From Candidatus Bathyarchaeota archaeon (GTDB lineage Archaea > Thermoproteota > Bathyarchaeia > Hecatellales > Hecatellaceae): a stretch of 64,000 bases of DNA. Positions 1 through 9,096 of the stretch are shown in pieces. The stretch spans positions 37,111-101,110 of the forward strand of contig JBQPWD010000007.1 in the NCBI GenBank assembly GCA_052246995.1. The letters are read 5' to 3'. The translations under genes were made by a program, and so were the position numbers. Under the pieces are notes generated by a model that was not told the origin of the DNA, ran no database searches, and saw only the letters and a list, made by a program, of their open reading frames with translations. Numbering within the stretch: position 1 is the first letter of the stretch; each line of letters starts with the position of its first letter.

Positions 1-284
1 TCCTTGCTAAGTGAAAGTTCTAAAGGCTCACCAGCGGTAACCCTTTTCATAAGCTTTAAAAAGTCACTAAGATTTATGCAAAGCTTTGTAGGTTCAGAAC
101 ATTCGTAAACTTGAAAAGCATTTTTCGAATACTCAAAATCAACCATGGCAACATGAGAAGGATCCATAGCCCTAAGTTTCATACCATCTTCAGCTACATC
201 AAAAGTTGCTTCCTCAATTAAGGCTGAAATGGCATCCATAAGGTTTTTCCACCTTTTGGAATCTGAAATTACCAGTCTAAACAT
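1..284 (-). CDS. pcn: DNA polymerase sliding clamp PCNA (5' part; runs off the window start)
   Basis: Manual translation from ATG at 284: MFRLVISDSKRWKNLMDAISALIEEATFDVAEDGMKLRAMDPSHVAMVDF, containing the PCNA signature RAMDPSHVAMV. Not in the ORF track. Confidence 0.95.
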   Translation of the reverse strand, partial: MFRLVISDSKRWKNLMDAISALIEEATFDVAEDGMKLRAMDPSHVAMVDFEYSKNAFQVYECSEPTKLCINLSDFLKLMKRVTAGEPLELSLSK

Positions 285-552
285 TTTAAACCCCTTCCTA
301 CCTGTAAGTTATAGATGAAGTAAAAAAAACTTTCTATTTTAAGAATATGTAAATAAAGAAGTTTAAAACACGTATAAGCATTGTTAAATAGGAAATATCC
401 CTTTTTAAACATTAAACTTTAAAAGTGCGAAGTTCGTCATCAATATGTTTAAGATTTGGCCTATGTTAAAATCATGTACAGCAACACGTTTAGGGGAATA
501 TAAGATACGTGTAAATAAAAAAATTGACCACTTTTATGAGGTGGGTTAAATT

Positions 553-1746
553 ATGCGGATCTTTCATACAGCTTCCGATGAGGAAATTAAGAAGGGAAAA
601 ACAACAGATGTATATTTCCTCAGAACTATGGAGGTTTTAAAAGCTAAAGGAAAGGACAAGGTTAATGTTGTAGCGGAGGTCACTCCACAAACAAGATTAC
701 CTGAAAATTGGCCTTGGGCTGTTTTATGCGGAGTTGAAGAAGCTTTAAAACTTCTTGAGGGATACCATGTAAATGTCTATAGTTTACCGGAGGGAACAAT
801 ATTCCGTCCAAAGGATTTTAATGGTATCAGACTACCTGTAATGTTTATTGAGGGAGCTTATGGAGAATTTTGTTTTCTTGAAACACCTTTACTAGGTTTT
901 ATCTGTCAATCTTCTGGAATAGCTACCAAAGCTGCAAGAATAAGAAAAATTGCCGGGGATAGGCTTTTGATATCCTTCGGAATTAGAAGGATCCATCCAG
1001 CTATAGCTCCCATGGTTGATAGAGCAATTTATATCGCAGGATTTGATGGTGTTTCTTGCGTACTGAGTGCAAAAGTTATAGGTAAAGAACCTATAGGTAC
1101 AATGCCCCATTCATTAATAATAGTATTTAAAGATCAAGTTAAAGCATGGAAAGCGTTTGATGAAGTTGTTGATGAAAAGGTTCCACGCATAGCCTTAGTT
1201 GATACCTACTTTGATGAAAAAATTGAGGCTGTTAAGGCTGCGGAAGCTTTAGGTGAAAGGCTATTTGGTGTAAGATTGGATACACCATCCTCAAGAAAAG
1301 GAAACTTTGCTGAAATCGTTAAAGAAGTAGGCTGGGAACTTTTTATTAGAGGATATGGAAATGTTAAAATTATAGTTTCAGGAGGGATTAACGAGGAAAA
1401 CATTAAACCTTTAATGGATGCTGGGGTTTATGGGTTTGGAGTAGGAACATCTATAAGCGCAGCACCAACAATAGATTTTGCCTTGGATATTGTTGAAGTT
1501 GAAGGAAAACCTGCTGCTAAGCGTGGAAAACTTGGAGGTAAGAAGCAGGTTTGGCGTTGCTGGAAATGTATGGTTGACAAAGTTCTACCATTTAACTTAG
1601 AGAAGCCAAAATGTCCTAGTTGTGGTGGAGATATGGAAAGTATGCTTAAACCAGCAATATTAGATGGAAAAATGCTCATTCAGCTTCCAAGTCCAGAAGA
1701 AGTTAGGCATTATGTACTTAAACAGCTAGAGAAGGTAGCTTTATAA
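553..1746 (+). CDS. pncB: Nicotinate phosphoribosyltransferase
   Basis: TDVYF, SFGIRR, GTMPHS, LVDTY, VRLDTPSSR and SGG motifs; C-terminal CxxC...CxxC; GAGGTG RBS upstream. Confidence 0.93.
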   Translation: MRIFHTASDEEIKKGKTTDVYFLRTMEVLKAKGKDKVNVVAEVTPQTRLPENWPWAVLCGVEEALKLLEGYHVNVYSLPEGTIFRPKDFNGIRLPVMFIEGAYGEFCFLETPLLGFICQSSGIATKAARIRKIAGDRLLISFGIRRIHPAIAPMVDRAIYIAGFDGVSCVLSAKVIGKEPIGTMPHSLIIVFKDQVKAWKAFDEVVDEKVPRIALVDTYFDEKIEAVKAAEALGERLFGVRLDTPSSRKGNFAEIVKEVGWELFIRGYGNVKIIVSGGINEENIKPLMDAGVYGFGVGTSISAAPTIDFALDIVEVEGKPAAKRGKLGGKKQVWRCWKCMVDKVLPFNLEKPKCPSCGGDMESMLKPAILDGKMLIQLPSPEEVRHYVLKQLEKVAL

Positions 1747-1791
1747 GTCAAGTTTAGCAATTTTTACCATTAAAATTTAGATTCGTCCTTT

Positions 1792-2130
1792 TTAGGAATA
1801 TTCACGCCAAGTTGTTCCACATTTTGTGCACCTGAAAAACTGAGTTGAAGATTCATCAGCGCCTCTTGTTTGAACAATCCAAGCATAGGCCTCCATGTTT
1901 CCACAATGGGGACATTCAACTTTTTCTGTTGGTAAAGTTTTAATTTTAGCCTCTTGTTCTCCAATAACAACTATAGGTTCGATTTCTGGCTTCTTCAACC
2001 TCTTTACAACAACATTTTTTTTTGACCTAGCTTCATAACCACATTTTGGACATTTTAAACAAAGTTTTGAGCTATCTCGCTTCTTACTTCCTAACAAAAG
2101 TTTTGTACCACACTTAGGGCAAAACTCCAT
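1792..2130 (-). CDS. tfs: Transcription factor S (TFS/RpoM family), paralogue 1
   Basis: Two Zn ribbons (MEFCPKCG; CPHCG...QTRGADES..FFRCTKCG). Start moved to ATG 2130. Confidence 0.93.
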   Translation of the reverse strand: MEFCPKCGTKLLLGSKKRDSSKLCLKCPKCGYEARSKKNVVVKRLKKPEIEPIVVIGEQEAKIKTLPTEKVECPHCGNMEAYAWIVQTRGADESSTQFFRCTKCGTTWREYS

Positions 2131-2195
2131 TAATATTCCCCTTAAACAGGAAAAGGTCACTTGACCTTGCATTCTTCACATAGAAGAGGAAGAAT

Positions 2196-2768
2196 TTAAA
2201 TGTTTTGGGTTAAGGAAGAGTTTAAAGCTTTAGCTATAAGCCTTGCAACCCTTAAAGGTTCAGGCAGCTTGTTAAAAACAGTAACCTCTAGCACCCTTTC
2301 AGCTTCCTTTAAGTCTAAACCATGAAGGTAAACGTAAAAAATTAAGCAGTTTAGAACTTTAACTTTTAATGGTTTTTTAAACTCCTCTAGTTCTGAGGAT
2401 CCTAAATCCTTAAAGAATTCTGCTTTTAAGGGTTTGCTTGTAACAACCATTATAGGCTTTTTGACCTTCTTACTAAGCTTACAAGGGTTTAAAGGGTTTA
2501 ACCCTAAAAATGTAAGCTTATTTAGCATTAATAGGCGTATTTGACCATAATGAACTGAACTTTTTATAATTTTTGTAAGCTTGCTTGTTAAATCTAAGCA
2601 ACCTTCTTTAACTTTAAGTTTAAAAACACCGTCAATCCAACTTCCACCCCTATAAACAACGCCAACCAAGAAACCTTCTCCAAAATTTTTTATACTGTTT
2701 ACACATCCATCGTCAATACCAACAATTCTAATCTCCTTTTTAATGTATCCTAACTTTAACCCTTCCAA
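2196..2768 (-). CDS. DUF99 family protein (endonuclease V-like fold)
   Basis: IRIVGIDDG, VGVVYRG...IDG and LPEPLRVARLIA motifs. True start may be a few codons downstream. Confidence 0.85.
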   Translation of the reverse strand: MEGLKLGYIKKEIRIVGIDDGCVNSIKNFGEGFLVGVVYRGGSWIDGVFKLKVKEGCLDLTSKLTKIIKSSVHYGQIRLLMLNKLTFLGLNPLNPCKLSKKVKKPIMVVTSKPLKAEFFKDLGSSELEEFKKPLKVKVLNCLIFYVYLHGLDLKEAERVLEVTVFNKLPEPLRVARLIAKALNSSLTQNI

Positions 2769-3436
2769 CCATATTTACCTCTTAAAGGAACAAACACAAC
2801 AGAACATAGCTCGTCACACTTTAAAGTACCCTTAACCTTCACAACTCTTTTAAGAACTTGAGAAAGGTGAGGTTCTCCTAAGGGTATAACAAGTATGCCA
2901 TCATCAGCCAACTGATTTATTAAAGGTGTAGGTATTGATGGAGCTGCAGCTGTAACAATAATTCTGTCAAAAGGGGCGTACTCAGGTAAACCTAGTGTTC
3001 CGTCGCCATGAATAACAGTAACCCTATTCTTGTAAGAGGTCCTTTCAAGATTTTTTCTTGCAAAATCAGCAAGCTCCTCAATAAGCTCAACGGTATAAAC
3101 ATGCCCTAGATTTTTAGCCCCCTCTGGTGCAACAATTTCAGCTATTACTGCTGCATGATAACCACTTCCAGCACCAACTTCTAAAACTTTATCTCCAACT
3201 CTTAACTCTAAAAATTCACACATCATTGCAACCATATGGGGAGCAGAAATTGTTTGACCACAACCTATTGGCAAAGGAGTATCTTCATAAGCCTGATTTT
3301 TTAGATGTTTAGGAACAAATTCTTCCCTTGGAACTTTAAGCATAGCTTTAATAACATTTTCATTCCTCAAAACTCCCGCTTTTACCAAGTAATTTACAAG
3401 ATTTCTTCTTTCAGCCTCAAAATTCATGTTTGTCAT
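2756..3436 (-). CDS. pcm: Protein-L-isoaspartate O-methyltransferase
   Basis: VPREEFVP, GQTISAPHMVA, VLEVGAGSGY, APFDRIIVTAAA and FVPL motifs. Confidence 0.96.
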   Translation of the reverse strand: MTNMNFEAERRNLVNYLVKAGVLRNENVIKAMLKVPREEFVPKHLKNQAYEDTPLPIGCGQTISAPHMVAMMCEFLELRVGDKVLEVGAGSGYHAAVIAEIVAPEGAKNLGHVYTVELIEELADFARKNLERTSYKNRVTVIHGDGTLGLPEYAPFDRIIVTAAAPSIPTPLINQLADDGILVIPLGEPHLSQVLKRVVKVKGTLKCDELCSVVFVPLRGKYGWKG

Positions 3437-3702
3437 AATTCTTCAAAGCTTAGTTGGATTTAAAATTAATATGTTGCTTGTAACCTTTTATGTATTCTTC
3501 TTCTTTTTATTACCATAAATTAGACTGTTAGGCCATACATAACAAAATTTGCATTTGTTTTTAATGTTGATGGGAAAATTGGTGTAAGGAAACCATTAAG
3601 AGGTTCAGTAAAGCTTAAGACTACCGGAGTACGTGGAAGATTCAGAGTTATACCAGAAAGTTAAAAGTTTCAATTAATCAGCCATGTGAAGGGTTTTTAA
3701 TA

Positions 3703-4155
3703 TTGAGGTTTGTTGAAGTTTTTATTGCATACGGACATGAGGCGGTAAAAGCTACCCATCCAACAACATTAGAGGTGACTAAAGAACGGAATTTAACGTC
3801 TAAAGGGGATTGTATAGTGGCGGTTGGAGCCTCAAAATCAACAATGGATTTAAGTGGAAACTTTAAAATTTTAGCTAGAAAACCAGATACAAAAATTACT
3901 TTAAAAATTAGAGTTGGAAAACTTGTAGAAGTTGTTGAAGGTTTTGGAAATCCAAACCTAACTTTAAATCATCCAACAGATATAGTTGCACGAACAAGTA
4001 CTTATACATGCCCACGAACAGTAATGGTTAAAGCTAATAAGGCTGCAGTGAACCTTTCCCGTCAGCTAATTTCAAAACTTCAAAATCCAAATACATTAGC
4101 AATAATAACGTTAACAGCAGAAAACCCCGCCTTTAAATTTTTAAGCGGGAGCTAG
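3703..4155 (+). CDS. DUF371 family protein
   Basis: GHEAVKATHPTTLEVTKE..LTSKGDCIVAV is typical of archaeal DUF371. Confidence 0.88.
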   Translation: MRFVEVFIAYGHEAVKATHPTTLEVTKERNLTSKGDCIVAVGASKSTMDLSGNFKILARKPDTKITLKIRVGKLVEVVEGFGNPNLTLNHPTDIVARTSTYTCPRTVMVKANKAAVNLSRQLISKLQNPNTLAIITLTAENPAFKFLSGS

Positions 4156-4171
4156 AATTTAATATTCTAGA

Positions 4172-4299
4172 GGGCCCGTAGCTCAGCCAGGTGGAGCGGC
4201 GGACTAGATTAAACTAGGCCGTAGCTCTTAACCCGTTGGTCGAGGGTTCAAAAGGTTAAAGCTGGTAAAGCTTTAACCTTGAAAATCCCTCCGGGCCCG
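4172..4299 (+). tRNA. tRNA-Lys(CTT) with two introns (4203-4223 at position 30/31; 4253-4285 at position 59/60)
   Basis: Removing both inserts gives GGGCCCGTAGCTCAGCCAGGTGGAGCGGCGGGCTCTTAACCCGTTGGTCGAGGGTTCAAATCCCTCCGGGCCCG, a complete cloverleaf. Anticodon CTT at 4227-4229; BHB motifs at the junctions. Confidence 0.93.
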
Positions 4300-4515
4300 T
4301 CACTATTTAGAAGTAAACTCTTAAACAGCTGAGTTTTTCCAATCCTATTTAAGGAGATAACAAATTTTTTGTAGCTCTTGCTAAGGTAAGTTTACACTCT
4401 TTTTGACGGGGGACAGTATATCATTCTTGACGGTTTATTATTTTTCCTTCATCTCTATGTCAGAAAAGTTTATATATCTGGTGAAACTACATTCATGCTC
4501 GAGGTAGAGGTAAGG

Positions 4516-4560
4516 TTGTCTAAGAAGAAGAAAGAAGAGAAAAAGGAAGAAAAGAAGTAA
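4516..4560 (+). CDS. Putative Lys/Glu-rich micropeptide [14 protein letters not shown] (21 aa if started at ATG 4495)
   Basis: AAAAG-TTTATATA BRE/TATA-like element at 4464-4476; GAGGT RBS-like motifs before TTG 4516; all codons after the second are purine-only K/E codons. Confidence 0.4.
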   Translation: MSKKKKEEKKEEKK

Positions 4561-4665
4561 AGTCTAGGTTAACCTCCAACAAACTTTACATGTCTACCTA
4601 ATTTTTTTGGAAAATATTCAAACTTTTTGTGTAAAAATTTTGAATAGTAAATTATGAAAACCTTC

Positions 4666-5901
4666 TTAGTTGGCTACTATTCCATAACCTATTAAACGCC
4701 ACTTTCCACCTATCCTCCTACTAAATGCTACTCTTCCACCTCTCTTAGCACAAACAGGTTTTTTGAGCGAAACCTCAAATTCATCTTTTTTCGCATTTTT
4801 TACAACCCCAACGGTTACTGATGTCCCAACATTTAAAACTAAAGTTTCACCATTCCTAACACTTTCAACTTTTGCAAGTTCTGCTGTGCCTACAGCATAT
4901 TCAAAAAGTGATACTTTGAGAGTTAAGTCTTTTCTTACTTCTGGTAATTGTCCAGGTTTACCTGCAATATTACCTATAAGACCATCAGCCTTAGTTAATG
5001 CAGGGTCGAGTTTTGAGCCTACACCTACAAGCCCTCCGCAACCAACCTCTTCAACATTTCTACCACCAGCCTGGAGACTTACAATTGACGTGTAAAGGTT
5101 TTCATACTCTTCGCTAGAAGATTTTCTTATTCCAGGCCTTATTTCAATTTCATCTCCAACCCTTAGTTTACCTTCAACAATACTTCCACCAAGAACTCCT
5201 CCAACAATGTTTTCAATCTTTGTTCCAGGCTTGTTTATGTCAAAAGACCTTAAAACATGCATAAATGGAGGTTTTGCAGGGTCACGGGGAGGTGTAGGAA
5301 TATACTTTTCTATAGCCTCTATTAACAGGTCAAGGTTTACGTTATGTTGGGCTGAAACAGGTATTATTGGAGCATTTTCAGCTAAAGACCCTTTCAAAAA
5401 TTCCCTTATACGTTTATAGTTATCTAAGGCCTGTTCTCTCGTTACAAGGTCTATCTTGTTTTGAACAACAATAATGTTCTTCACACCCAAAATTTCTAAG
5501 GCTAGTAAATGCTCTCTTGTTTGTGGTTGAGGTACAGGTTCGTCAGCAGCAATAACAAGGATAGCTCCATCCATAACAGCTGCACCTGAAAGCATTGTTG
5601 TCATCAATATTTCATGCCCAGGACAGTCAACAAAGCTTACAGTTCTAAGATAGACTGTTTTTGAACTACAGTTTGGGCAGGTAGGAGATGTTGAGTAACA
5701 CGTAGGTGGAGAACACACAGGACACTTGTAAAATGATGCGTCAGCATAACCAATCCTTATGGTGATACCTCTTTTAAGCTCTTCAGAATGTCTTGCAGCC
5801 CAAACACCTGTTAAACCTTGAATAAGGGTTGTTTTACCATGGTCAACATGACCTGCAGTACCAATATTTACGCATGGTTGGGATGGATGAACTTTTGACA
5901 A
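4666..5901 (-). CDS. eif2g: Translation initiation factor aIF2 subunit gamma
   Basis: GHVDHGKTT, RGITIRIGYA, Zn knuckle, DCPGHE, QNKID and WRLIGYG motifs. Confidence 0.98.
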   Translation of the reverse strand: MSKVHPSQPCVNIGTAGHVDHGKTTLIQGLTGVWAARHSEELKRGITIRIGYADASFYKCPVCSPPTCYSTSPTCPNCSSKTVYLRTVSFVDCPGHEILMTTMLSGAAVMDGAILVIAADEPVPQPQTREHLLALEILGVKNIIVVQNKIDLVTREQALDNYKRIREFLKGSLAENAPIIPVSAQHNVNLDLLIEAIEKYIPTPPRDPAKPPFMHVLRSFDINKPGTKIENIVGGVLGGSIVEGKLRVGDEIEIRPGIRKSSSEEYENLYTSIVSLQAGGRNVEEVGCGGLVGVGSKLDPALTKADGLIGNIAGKPGQLPEVRKDLTLKVSLFEYAVGTAELAKVESVRNGETLVLNVGTSVTVGVVKNAKKDEFEVSLKKPVCAKRGGRVAFSRRIGGKWRLIGYGIVAN

Positions 5902-5947
5902 GAAAACTCCACCAATAGTTTTCAGTATTTAATGAAAGATTTTACTT

Positions 5948-8014
5948 TCATGCCTTATAAACTCTGCAGGGGATGCCTCTTAAATTTACAGCACCGATTC
6001 CAGTCCAAGCTGCGGATTCATCATCTGTAAGAATGTTTATGTTTGACTTATTCCAGCTGAATAAATTCTCTTCTTCTGGAAACCACCAACCATAGGCAGC
6101 TATAACAACTCTTGGGTCCAAATCATCTTTTAAAGTTACTTTTTGCTTAATTCTTCCGTTTTTGGTTTCAATATAAATGTAATCACCCTCCTTGATACCA
6201 AGTTTGCTGGCTGTTTCAGAACTTATTTCAGCTAAAGGTTCAGGGTAGACCTTTCTTAAAGATTGAACAATTCTATGAGCTGAGTGTGTGAAAAACTCTG
6301 ATTTATAGTTTGTTAGTATAAACGGATAGCTAGATGAAGTTTTAGGTGTTGGTGAAAGCTTAGGTAGCGGGTTAAGGCTTAAACTCTCAAGTCTGGAGGA
6401 ATATATTTCAATCTTTTTTGAAGGTGTATTAAAACCCTCCTTCTCAAATTTTTTGTAGGTATTTTTAGCTATTAAAACTCTTTTCTCTTTTAAGTCTTGA
6501 AAGCTTAAACCTGATGGCTTAAGAATTATGTTTAATGCTTCTCTATAATCATTCCAGAAGTATTTCTCAAAACCAAGTCTTTTAGCTAACTCGCATATTA
6601 TTTGAGGATCAGGTAAACATTCACCTGGAGGTTCAACAAGTTTAGGGTAGGATAGTAAAACCTCGGTAGGAGGAGGATAGGGTGAAACTTCATCATACTC
6701 AAAAAGGTATGCTACGGGAAGTATGACATCTGCAAGTTTGGCTGTTGGTGTCATAAACAAGTCTAATACAACAATAAACTCAAGCTTTTTTAAAGCTTCA
6801 TAAACTTTACTTGAATTTGGGAATGTTAAAAGCGGATTGGTACCAATAAATATCGCAGCCTTAATAGCGTAAGGTTTTTCATCCAAAATAGCTTTAAACG
6901 CAGCTTGTCTAGGTAGAAATGCAGACATCCTTGCTAGACTATACTCGTCACCAACACTACCAGTTCTTGGAAAATCTTTAAGAAGCATGAAGGCTCCAGG
7001 TCTAAGTATAGGAATACGGGCGGCTAAAAGCTCACCTCCAGCAACATCAATACTTCCTGTTAATGCACGCAAGATACAGATTGCTCTAGCAGTTTGAAAA
7101 GCATCTAAAGTATGGTCTAAAGCATTCCCCCAAAGAATGATTGAAGACTTATTTTCAGCGTAAAACCTTGTAGCCTCAGTAATACTTTTTCTTGAAACCC
7201 ATGTTTCCGTCTCTAACTCATCAAACGTTAAAGAGTTTAAGAATTCCTTTAGCTTGTTAAAACCTACAGTCCAACTTTCAACAAAGTTTTTATCGTAAAG
7301 CTCCTCCTCTACCATAACCTTTAACATTCCAAGTGCAAGCCAACCATCAGAACCTGGTTTAGGTTTAAGCCATATTTGAGATTTAGATGTAAGTGCAATT
7401 TTTCGCGGATTGACAATCATCAACTTAACTCCCTCATCAACATAAGAGGAAATTACAGGTGTTGGAAGTGGGGCACTATTTGTTTGGTTTGGATCGATAC
7501 CCCAAACAACCATAAGTGAGGGTTTGTTCTCGTAATCTGGTAGAAGAATAGAGCCAAATGTAAATGTAAAGGCTAGGTCTCTTGGCAGATGACAAAGGTT
7601 TCCAGGGGTTGCTATGTTTGGAGTTCCATAAACACTTGCAAATCTTTGAGCAAAAGCAAGTTCAAGCCCCTTAGGATCTCCAACGGCTATAAGTAGAGAT
7701 TTAGCTCCATACTTTTCCCTAACTTCCTTAAGTTTTTCGGCAACAAGGTTTAAAGCTTCATCCATTGAAACATTTCTCCACTTTCCACTCCCACGTTCAC
7801 CATCTCTTACTAATGGGTGTAAAAGACGTTTAGGGTGGTAAAGTATTTCAGGTATAGCTAAACCTTTAGGACAAATATGTCCTAAACCTGGAAGAGGTGG
7901 GTTTGGGTCAGGCCTAACTTTAACAATTTTCTCATTTTCTATGGTTATATTTAAACTGCATCTTCCATGACAAATTCTACAAAAAGCTTTTACATTCATT
8001 TTTTGGTCCTCCAA
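5948..8014 (-). CDS. Molybdopterin (bis-MGD) oxidoreductase, acetylene-hydratase-like clade
   Basis: N-terminal CxxCxxxC...CPKG 4Fe-4S motif; Cys metal ligand region NLCH; TAKLADVILP; C-terminal GWWFPE..SNINILT; no Tat signal. Confidence 0.85.
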   Translation of the reverse strand: MEDQKMNVKAFCRICHGRCSLNITIENEKIVKVRPDPNPPLPGLGHICPKGLAIPEILYHPKRLLHPLVRDGERGSGKWRNVSMDEALNLVAEKLKEVREKYGAKSLLIAVGDPKGLELAFAQRFASVYGTPNIATPGNLCHLPRDLAFTFTFGSILLPDYENKPSLMVVWGIDPNQTNSAPLPTPVISSYVDEGVKLMIVNPRKIALTSKSQIWLKPKPGSDGWLALGMLKVMVEEELYDKNFVESWTVGFNKLKEFLNSLTFDELETETWVSRKSITEATRFYAENKSSIILWGNALDHTLDAFQTARAICILRALTGSIDVAGGELLAARIPILRPGAFMLLKDFPRTGSVGDEYSLARMSAFLPRQAAFKAILDEKPYAIKAAIFIGTNPLLTFPNSSKVYEALKKLEFIVVLDLFMTPTAKLADVILPVAYLFEYDEVSPYPPPTEVLLSYPKLVEPPGECLPDPQIICELAKRLGFEKYFWNDYREALNIILKPSGLSFQDLKEKRVLIAKNTYKKFEKEGFNTPSKKIEIYSSRLESLSLNPLPKLSPTPKTSSSYPFILTNYKSEFFTHSAHRIVQSLRKVYPEPLAEISSETASKLGIKEGDYIYIETKNGRIKQKVTLKDDLDPRVVIAAYGWWFPEEENLFSWNKSNINILTDDESAAWTGIGAVNLRGIPCRVYKA

Positions 8015-8082
8015 CCAATATAATGTCCTTTTAGCTTATAAAATAAGAACACCTCACAAGTTTACGGAGAATGGTTAATTTT

Positions 8083-9078
8083 TTATCTCCAAGGTATCGG
8101 CACATCATCAAGCCTCCATCTAGGTTTAACAAAGCTTTTTTCAATGTCAACTTTAACTCCACATTTTAAGGCTAAAACCCCAACCCAAGCTATTTGGGCA
8201 CCGCAATCACCACTAAACTCTTTAGGCACAGTATAAAATTTTGCCTTATGTTCATCGGCAACCGTCTTAAGCATTGATTGAAGTCTTCTATTGGCGGCCA
8301 CTCCTCCAGCTAGCAGAAGTTCATCTTTTTCAAGAAAAGCTAAAACTCTTTCAGCAGTCTCCGTTAAGGCTGTAAACGCAACTTCTTGAAGAGAGAAGCT
8401 TAAATCTTCCCTACGATATCGGCCTTCCTTAAACTTGTTTAAGGCTGCTGTTAAAAGACCGGAGTAGGATACGTTGTTACCTTTAACAGTTAAAGGTAAG
8501 TCTATAAAGGTTTTACCTTTTTCGGCATCAGCCTCAACTAACGGTCCAGCGGGAGATGGAAAACCTACATTTCTACCGTAGGTATCAAACAAGTTTCCAA
8601 GAGTTATATCCTCAGTTTCACCAAAAATTCTCCATCTTCCAGCCATAAAAGCTGTTAAACATGTATGACCTCCTGAAACAAGAACAACAAGCGGATCTTT
8701 TGCACCCGTGGTAAGAATTGCAAGCTCAATATGACCTATAGCATGGTGAACAGGTATTAAGGGGATGTTAAGGTGGGATGCTAAAGCTCTTGCGGCAGTT
8801 GCTCCTGTTCTTAAGCATGGACCTAAACCTGGCCCTTGAGAAAAAGCTACTGCGGCTAAATCTTTAAGCTTAACATTGGCTTTTTTAACAGCTTCACGTA
8901 TTATTTTAGAGGCTACTGCTGAGTGATGTTGAGCACTTTCTCGCGGATGAATACCTTTACCGGGCGGAGGCTGATACATACTTTTCTCGTTTGAAATTAT
9001 TTTGCCATCAAAAGATACTACACTAACCCCGTAAGTGTGGGCTGTACTTTCAATACCTAAGCAAAACTTTTTTGGCAA
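8083..9078 (-). CDS. kae1: tRNA N6-adenosine threonylcarbamoyltransferase Kae1/TsaD (KEOPS)
   Basis: LGIESTAHT, GPGLGPCL, HHAIGHIE, VSGGHT and GGVAAN motifs. Confidence 0.97.
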   Translation of the reverse strand: MPKKFCLGIESTAHTYGVSVVSFDGKIISNEKSMYQPPPGKGIHPRESAQHHSAVASKIIREAVKKANVKLKDLAAVAFSQGPGLGPCLRTGATAARALASHLNIPLIPVHHAIGHIELAILTTGAKDPLVVLVSGGHTCLTAFMAGRWRIFGETEDITLGNLFDTYGRNVGFPSPAGPLVEADAEKGKTFIDLPLTVKGNNVSYSGLLTAALNKFKEGRYRREDLSFSLQEVAFTALTETAERVLAFLEKDELLLAGGVAANRRLQSMLKTVADEHKAKFYTVPKEFSGDCGAQIAWVGVLALKCGVKVDIEKSFVKPRWRLDDVPIPWR

Positions 9079-9096
9079 ATTTTCTCAAAATACTAG

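Noticed and set aside
425-550. Possible nicotinamidase (pncA) C-terminal remnant or 34-aa ORF upstream of pncB
   Set aside because: The resemblance (QYV*DLAYVKIMY) is too weak to support without a search.
3520-3664. Open stretch RPYITKFAFVFNVDGKIGVRKPLRGSVKLKTTGVRGRFRVIPES on the plus strand
   Set aside because: No start codon after the upstream stop and no recognisable family; possibly a gene remnant.
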